From Macrostomum lignano (Eukaryota): DNA of 64,000 nucleotides. The notes beneath the pieces were generated by a model. It worked only from the letters and a program-made list of their open reading frames with translations. It ran no database searches and was not told where the DNA came from. The number at the start of each line of letters is the position of its first letter. Position 1 is the stretch's first letter. This document shows positions 58,737-64,000 of the stretch, one piece after another. The stretch lies in contig NIVC01001321.1 in NCBI GenBank assembly GCA_002269645.1, positions 250,525 through 314,524 of the forward strand, given 5' to 3'. Made by a program: the position numbers and the translations under genes.

Positions 58737-58968
58737 AACTATTACTGCGCATGGGAAAATTGACTTGTGCAGAGCACTTCCCCTCGCTAATCTTGTGAAC
58801 ACTTTACCAAGTGCTCAATATGAGCCAGAATCATTTTCTGCTTTGATCTGCAAACTAAGCTTCTGCAAATGCCTGCTTTTTCACAATGGCTCATTCGTTC
58901 TCAGTGGTGCAAAAACAATGAGCATGCTAATTTCCGACTTTTCCTTGCTTGTCCGTTTTCTGTGCTAA
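58405..58968 (+). CDS. TATA-binding protein (TBP)-like protein, core domain only, 187 aa
   Basis: Two TBP repeats: VTNLVG..L.ELA..IYRP.WPRVLIKRMRSPRVTLLLYPTGQLSICGARS...RAARRF and IKTIT..LPLANL..AQYEPESFSALICKL...LLFHNGSFVLSGAK. Compare canonical QNIV..[36 protein letters not shown]..AARKY and YEPELFPGLIYRM..LLIFVSGKVVLTGAK. Confidence 0.9.
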   Translation: MSTPATALRVTNLVGGVDLRLAGDRGAQLPLRELALSMAHVIYRPVWPRVLIKRMRSPRVTLLLYPTGQLSICGARSYSASVRAARRFVAMLHRRVPAQLLPHQTVHVRIKTITAHGKIDLCRALPLANLVNTLPSAQYEPESFSALICKLSFCKCLLFHNGSFVLSGAKTMSMLISDFSLLVRFLC

Positions 58969-59683
58969 TAATAACCATATGTTTCAACAATTAAATAAAA
59001 AGACGACAGCTGAACAAAAATATAATAATCTTGCATGCATATACCACGTATTAAGATGCGTGCATTTTAATCAATATACCTGAAAATCAGACTTCGATCG
59101 ACTTTTTCTTTATTTTCATAACTGAAATCGCAATATTAGTTTGAGTATAGAAAATTTAATCAGACCACAACCAACTCAAGAAAAAAAGCACACCCATCAC
59201 TCAGATTATGCACTGCTAAGACAAATAAAAACGAACAAGAACTAGCAGAAATGAAAAAGGAAGCAATATTTTTCAGATAATCATTGGATAATGGTTACAA
59301 AAAATATGAGTAGCAAAGCTAGCAAAGATAAAAAAGGACAGTAACTCAGTTCATTCAATTGTGCAAAAATTCAAGGATAATAAAAAAGGGAAAGCCAGAC
59401 CAATATGCCGCAAATTATTCCAACATGGCTTTCACAAGTTCGTATTGAAATAAATCTGGAACAACTCAACTCGAAAATGTTACGCTCAGTTAGTTGCTTA
59501 GAGACTACAAATATGTAACTAACTGAATTGGCTCTATTCGTTCCAGCATTGTCATTATCATCATCATCCATCATTATCATCATCATCATCATTCAGATTA
59601 ATTAAACCACTGAAACAATTCATGGAGTACATAAGTAAAAGTCAATAAATTTCAACGCCAAGGTTACACAGATGTGCAAAGCA

Positions 59684-62600
59684 TCACTCTAAGCAGTCCG
59701 CTGTCCTTTTCGGACTACCCCTGATTAACAGCTGAAAGTGGCCGAACGGAAGACTTGAATTCGAGCCAGTCCACGCTCGCTTGTCCTCCCAGATACTGAG
59801 AGCGAGCTTACGTTGCTCAATGGTGAAAACGCGATGTTTCTCACTTCCAATTCGACGAACAGTGAGCGACAGCTTTGAAGCCCCCTTGAAAATCTTGACG
59901 TAGTCGTCGTGGGAGACTTCATTCTTCAGCACGCTTCGTTGGATGCCTTTTGCTTTTGCTTTGCATGCCGCCGAGCTTTCAGCGAGGAAAGAATAGAGCT
60001 TGGGCCTTAGCAGCACCCACTCAATCTGTTGCAGTCCACCAGCTTCATCTTTAATGCAGCCTAGCTTGGCCTTTAGCCGATTCGAGAAGAGAGGATGATT
60101 AGTGAAAAAATTGGAGGTGTCCAAGAGGCCTTCGGCATGCAGGATTGGCAGCACTTCTCTCTGCAAACTAAGGTTCTCTAAGCTCAAAAACAACGAGTCT
60201 GTATCGCCACCGCAAACTCGAACTCTTGCTCCATCACGGAATTCTAGCATGGGTTTTATTTTGTCATAGTAAAGTCGATACATGATGATCTTGGAGCGAT
60301 CTAGAACACACTGCCCCATGAAAATTGGCGATCAAGAGTTACTTCGCGCTTTTGAAGCTCAAAGATGCTGAGTGACGGCGTAATGATTGTGAATGATGCG
60401 ACATTTGGTTGAGAAGAAACAGTCTTGGCTTTTTTCTTGTCACTGCACACTCTGATGTCCCGCCGCTTGCGCACGTTCTCCATTGTTTTGCCAAACAGGG
60501 AGTTATTTTTCAGTTTATAGAAATCCTTCTCGAAATCATTTTTCGCCATAGAGCGCTTCTCGCTATTCATCTTAATGTAGTCCGCGAAGACAGGTTCTTG
60601 CCTGAATTCGATCATCCTGTGGAGCCCATGCAACTTCATTCCGTGCGATAGATAGAATCGGAGAGCAGACGAGTGCAGTACATAGGAAAACTTGTTGTGG
60701 CATGTGAGCATTAATTTTTGTACTCCACGGTAGCGCGCAACGGTAGGATTCTCAGTCGTGTTCGCGTCGGGCTGCTGCTGCTGATGATGCTGAGAATGAT
60801 CATTGTCATGTTGAAGCAGTACCCATAATTCTCGCATGTACTGCGGAAATTCTTCAAAATTCGGACACCTTTTCTCTGGGGCGAATGGAAGATCCTCCGT
60901 TGCCGTGTGGATTTCGGCTGGGTAGAGCAAATCCGCTTCGACAAGGTAGCCGATTGGAGCGTCATCATCCAGGGAAAGAAAGCGGCACTCGGACCATGAG
61001 CAGAGCTCCTCTTGACTGAGCCAGCGAAAGCCACCAACAGGTAGGGGCATTGTGAGCGCATGACCGTAAAGATTATTAGCATCAACAGCCAGTAAACTCC
61101 TACCTGCTGGTTCATTATCATCATCGCTACTTTCGCTCTGGACATGATGTACATTGACAAAAGACATTCCACCCCGAATTCCTTTTTCAAACATTTTATA
61201 CATCTCGAGGTCAGTTAGCAGTTCGATCTTGACTTGAGAAGACTTTAGTGCAGAAGCGAATGATAGGCCTGGAGTTGACACAAAATGCACCGGATCTAGC
61301 TTGTCTTCCTGCAAACTCAGCCTTCGAAACCCTCAAAGATATCTGCTAGTTGCCTGATGTCCAGCTCCAAGTAGCAGAGCATGTAATCGCGCAATGTTGT
61401 AGATTCGAATTCAGTCCAGGCCTTCTGCGCATGCCGATACTCCGCCTCGGTACAGTGGCTGTTGGTGAGTCGGTTAAAAAAGCTTTCTACTTTTGGTAGT
61501 TGGCGATCATCAAGCACATTCAAATTCGAGAGATAATCATAAGGGAAAACTCCCTTACTAAACAGTACATCGCTTGAAAGATTTGGATACTTTGATCGCA
61601 TCGTCATGTCAAGCGTTGAGTCTGTGAAGATTGCAGGGGCTTCTGTCGACCGTCAGGGCAAATTGCATAAATAGCAGTTGTGGCAGAAAGCACTGCATTG
61701 CATAAATAGCACTGTGTGTCATCACTGTTTCTGTCAGCAATCTGATGACTAAACTCGGTATTCCAACCATAAACTTCACGAGCAAGACGTTCGAGTGAGG
61801 CCAAAAACTGTTTCACGACAGAATTCGGATTGGGTCCGCTGCAGAGGAAAACATCCTCACTCGGCCTCAGAATTTTGCTGCTCATACCCTCTCTTGGAAT
61901 AACAATGTAGCCAGCAGCTACAGGTACATGCTCAGTTAACTTGGTGACAGTAACTTCTCTTTCAGGCTCACTGGTTCACGTGGGGTGTTCAGAGCTTCAA
62001 AATCTGCGTAGACAACAAATGGGGGACTGATTGTCTTTTCCCAAGCCATGAACTGCATTGTGTTGCTACTTGCATCAGGCATGCGCTCCATGATGGCTGG
62101 TTTCAGTTGAGGATTGCAGCTGTCTCGATGCTGCTCCAACTCTTCCTGGATCGAAACGGAGAAATGCACTTCTCACACCATTTGCGATTCCTCAGACCTT
62201 TTTTGCTGTTCAGGAGCCGGTCCAGGTTCGAAACTGCACACCAGTGTCCAGTCCCACAATTCTCATCACCACCATCATCATCATCAGCATCATCGGAGCT
62301 GGAGTTGCGAAGCAAGAGTAGAGGAATAACCTTGCGAGAGGCACAAATCCCAGGAAGAGGCTGGCGAATGACATAGGCCTCATCATCTTCCCAGCTAAAA
62401 ACTGTGAAACAGATTTCGGAATTCTTTTCCTCTATAACGTCTAAATCGGAAATTGCGACTGGTAGTGCGTGCCGCTCAGATCGATTTCATCCAACCATCT
62501 GCTGTAAGTTGTTAGTCGATGGCAAGACTTCATCACACCAGGATCTCTGTGTGCAGGTAAGCGAGACAGGCAAACAGAAAGCAATTGTTTCCATCGCTCG

Positions 62601-63111
62601 GTGGGTTGATTATGGCCTTCTTAACGGCCAGCTGATTGGGCAAAGAAAAATTCGCGCATCGTCCACGATAGTAGCGAATGCGATCAGTGAGGGCAGAGCA
62701 CAGATCAAAATAGTTGATTTGCTCAACTATCCAACCGCTCCCATTTGAATTGTAGGCATCAATCTTGCGTTCCAGCTCAGAAAACTGCTGCAACCACCAC
62801 AATTCAAAATCTCTTAGATCAGAGAGAAGCTCAAGACCGCATGCGATCCACTTATCTTCTGCATTGATTACCGCAGCTTCCTTGATTCTCACCATTCTGA
62901 TGTTGAACTTGAGCTGCGCTCGAATAGAATTATTCTCGGATGAATCGAATCTCATCTCAACAGCCTGTAGCACTGCAAACTTCGTTGATGATAAAAAATG
63001 AAATGGCTCGAGACCTCTTGATGCTGGAGTGAAGCGTCTGACCTGCAGCGTGTCATCATGCGCACTAGCGTGAATAGCCGAGCTGAATTGAATGCCTGCA
63101 TGAATTAGCAT
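59684..63111 (-). pseudogene. Protein-primed family B DNA polymerase (pPolB), multiply frameshifted
   Basis: Segments carry NGSGW..KKAIIN..NNCFLFA, GHWCAV, VYADFEAL, KGVFPYDY, YLELDIRQLADIFE, GIRGG, DANNLYG, YKLKNNSLFGK, GDTDS, LRPKLYS and KAKGI across at least seven ORF fragments. Confidence 0.93.
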
Positions 63112-63184
63112 GTTGTTGGGTGTACGCGTTTCACTCGACAGTTAAAATTTATAAATCATAATCCTAATTCCACCTCATTATGTG

Positions 63185-63375
63185 CGGGAATCGGTTAATC
63201 AGGAATCAGTGAATCGGGAATCGGCGAATCGGGAATCGGTGAATCAGGAATCGGCGAATCGGGAATCGGTGAATCGGAATCGAATCGGGAATCGGTGAAT
63301 CGAGAATCGGAATCGGGAATCGGTGAATCGAGAATCGGTAATCGGGAATCGGTGAATCGAGAATCGGTGAATCGG
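63185..63375. repeat. GAATCGG(G/T)-type short tandem repeat upstream of pPolB
   Basis: Iterated GAATC(G/A)G units; they give the PIPDS tail of ORF 63195-63614. Confidence 0.9.
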
Positions 63376-64000
63376 ATTTTATGACTACTTTTGCTGTATT
63401 TACAGAGGGAAGAGTTTACTTTACTGGCTTTACTAATCACATTGATTGACTCACTAGTTGGTTCGATTTCGATAGCAAAATTGGTAGACTCAAGCGGCCG
63501 ATCACTTGCTGATGATGATGAAGTGTCTCTTGAAGAAGGCATCTCGGTTTGGTTGATGACACTGCTTAGAGCATTTTCGATGAGAATTAGATGAGGAAAT
63601 TTGCTGAAATACATATTTGTGAAATTATTTTTTCTTGCAAAAGTAAATTCAAATCCCTAATTTGTGGATATACGCTCGTATTAAGTGTACATATTTTCGA
63701 AAGTTGTACTTCGGGTCTTGTCGTTACGTGCCAAATTTCGGGGTCTAATAAAGGGTCGAATAAAAAGGTCCTATAAAACGAATTCTAAAAATAATTCAAA
63801 ATAACTCAAAGCTGCAAACTTTTTCAAAATTCAGCGCTTCATTGCGCTTTAAAATTTATATTATAAAAATTCAATGATACGCTACATTATTAGAAGCACA
63901 AGTTAAAGAAGGAGATTACAAACCCAACCAGAATCAAACCCATTCTGCATTCACACCCAAGCACAGCCTGATCAACGCGCACTGCCTGCATAAATATGAA

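Larger units (their letters stand above)
50755..64000. mobile_element. Polinton/Maverick (adintovirus-like) element; right end beyond the window
   Basis: AGTAGTAG terminus plus the hallmark gene set: rve integrase, minor and major capsid, adenain protease, A32-type ATPase and protein-primed PolB. Confidence 0.95.

Noticed and set aside
59371-59592. MMMMMIMMDDDD ORF between TBP and pPolB
   Set aside because: It is a (CAT)n microsatellite in the AT-rich convergent terminator region.
63195-63614. Separate gene or pPolB N-terminus
   Set aside because: A third of it is the GAATCGG repeat and the rest has no recognisable motif; it cannot be assigned.

Overview
This is eukaryotic (metazoan) genomic DNA. 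GC-rich spliced exons with minisatellite-filled introns resemble a free-living flatworm such as Macrostomum, but that host assignment is inference only. The window has four blocks. (1) 7-24520: a head-to-tail array of seven non-autonomous Helitron-like units (minus strand, three subfamilies). Each carries internal satellites and a tRNA-derived Pol III head, and the array contains one nested SINE and one nested hAT MITE. (2) 24701-41329: three host genes, an ADF/cofilin (+), a C20orf96/DUF4618-like coiled-coil gene (-, 9 exons) and SCOT/OXCT1 (+, 6 exons). The last two are divergent from a shared ~475-bp promoter. (3) 42.7-50.7 kb: an orphan exon, TE remnants and a Ty3/Gypsy element with an uninterrupted 3.3-kb gag-pol frame and a 3' LTR but no 5' end. 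(4) 50755 to window end: a Polinton/Maverick (adintovirus-like) element whose AGTAGT terminus cuts the Gypsy gag. It encodes a PC4-like protein, integrase-chromodomain, minor capsid, basic core protein, major capsid (one frameshift), adenain-like protease, packaging ATPase, PZ-like protein (one frameshift), exonuclease-like protein, a full-length divergent TATA-binding-protein (TBP) homolog and a heavily broken pPolB. The best candidate for a new system is the Polinton's own TBP plus PC4, together with a (C/T)TTAAGAA motif found 43-74 nt upstream of six of its start codons. This suggests an element-specific promoter code. All family calls come from motif recognition by eye; no database search was run.
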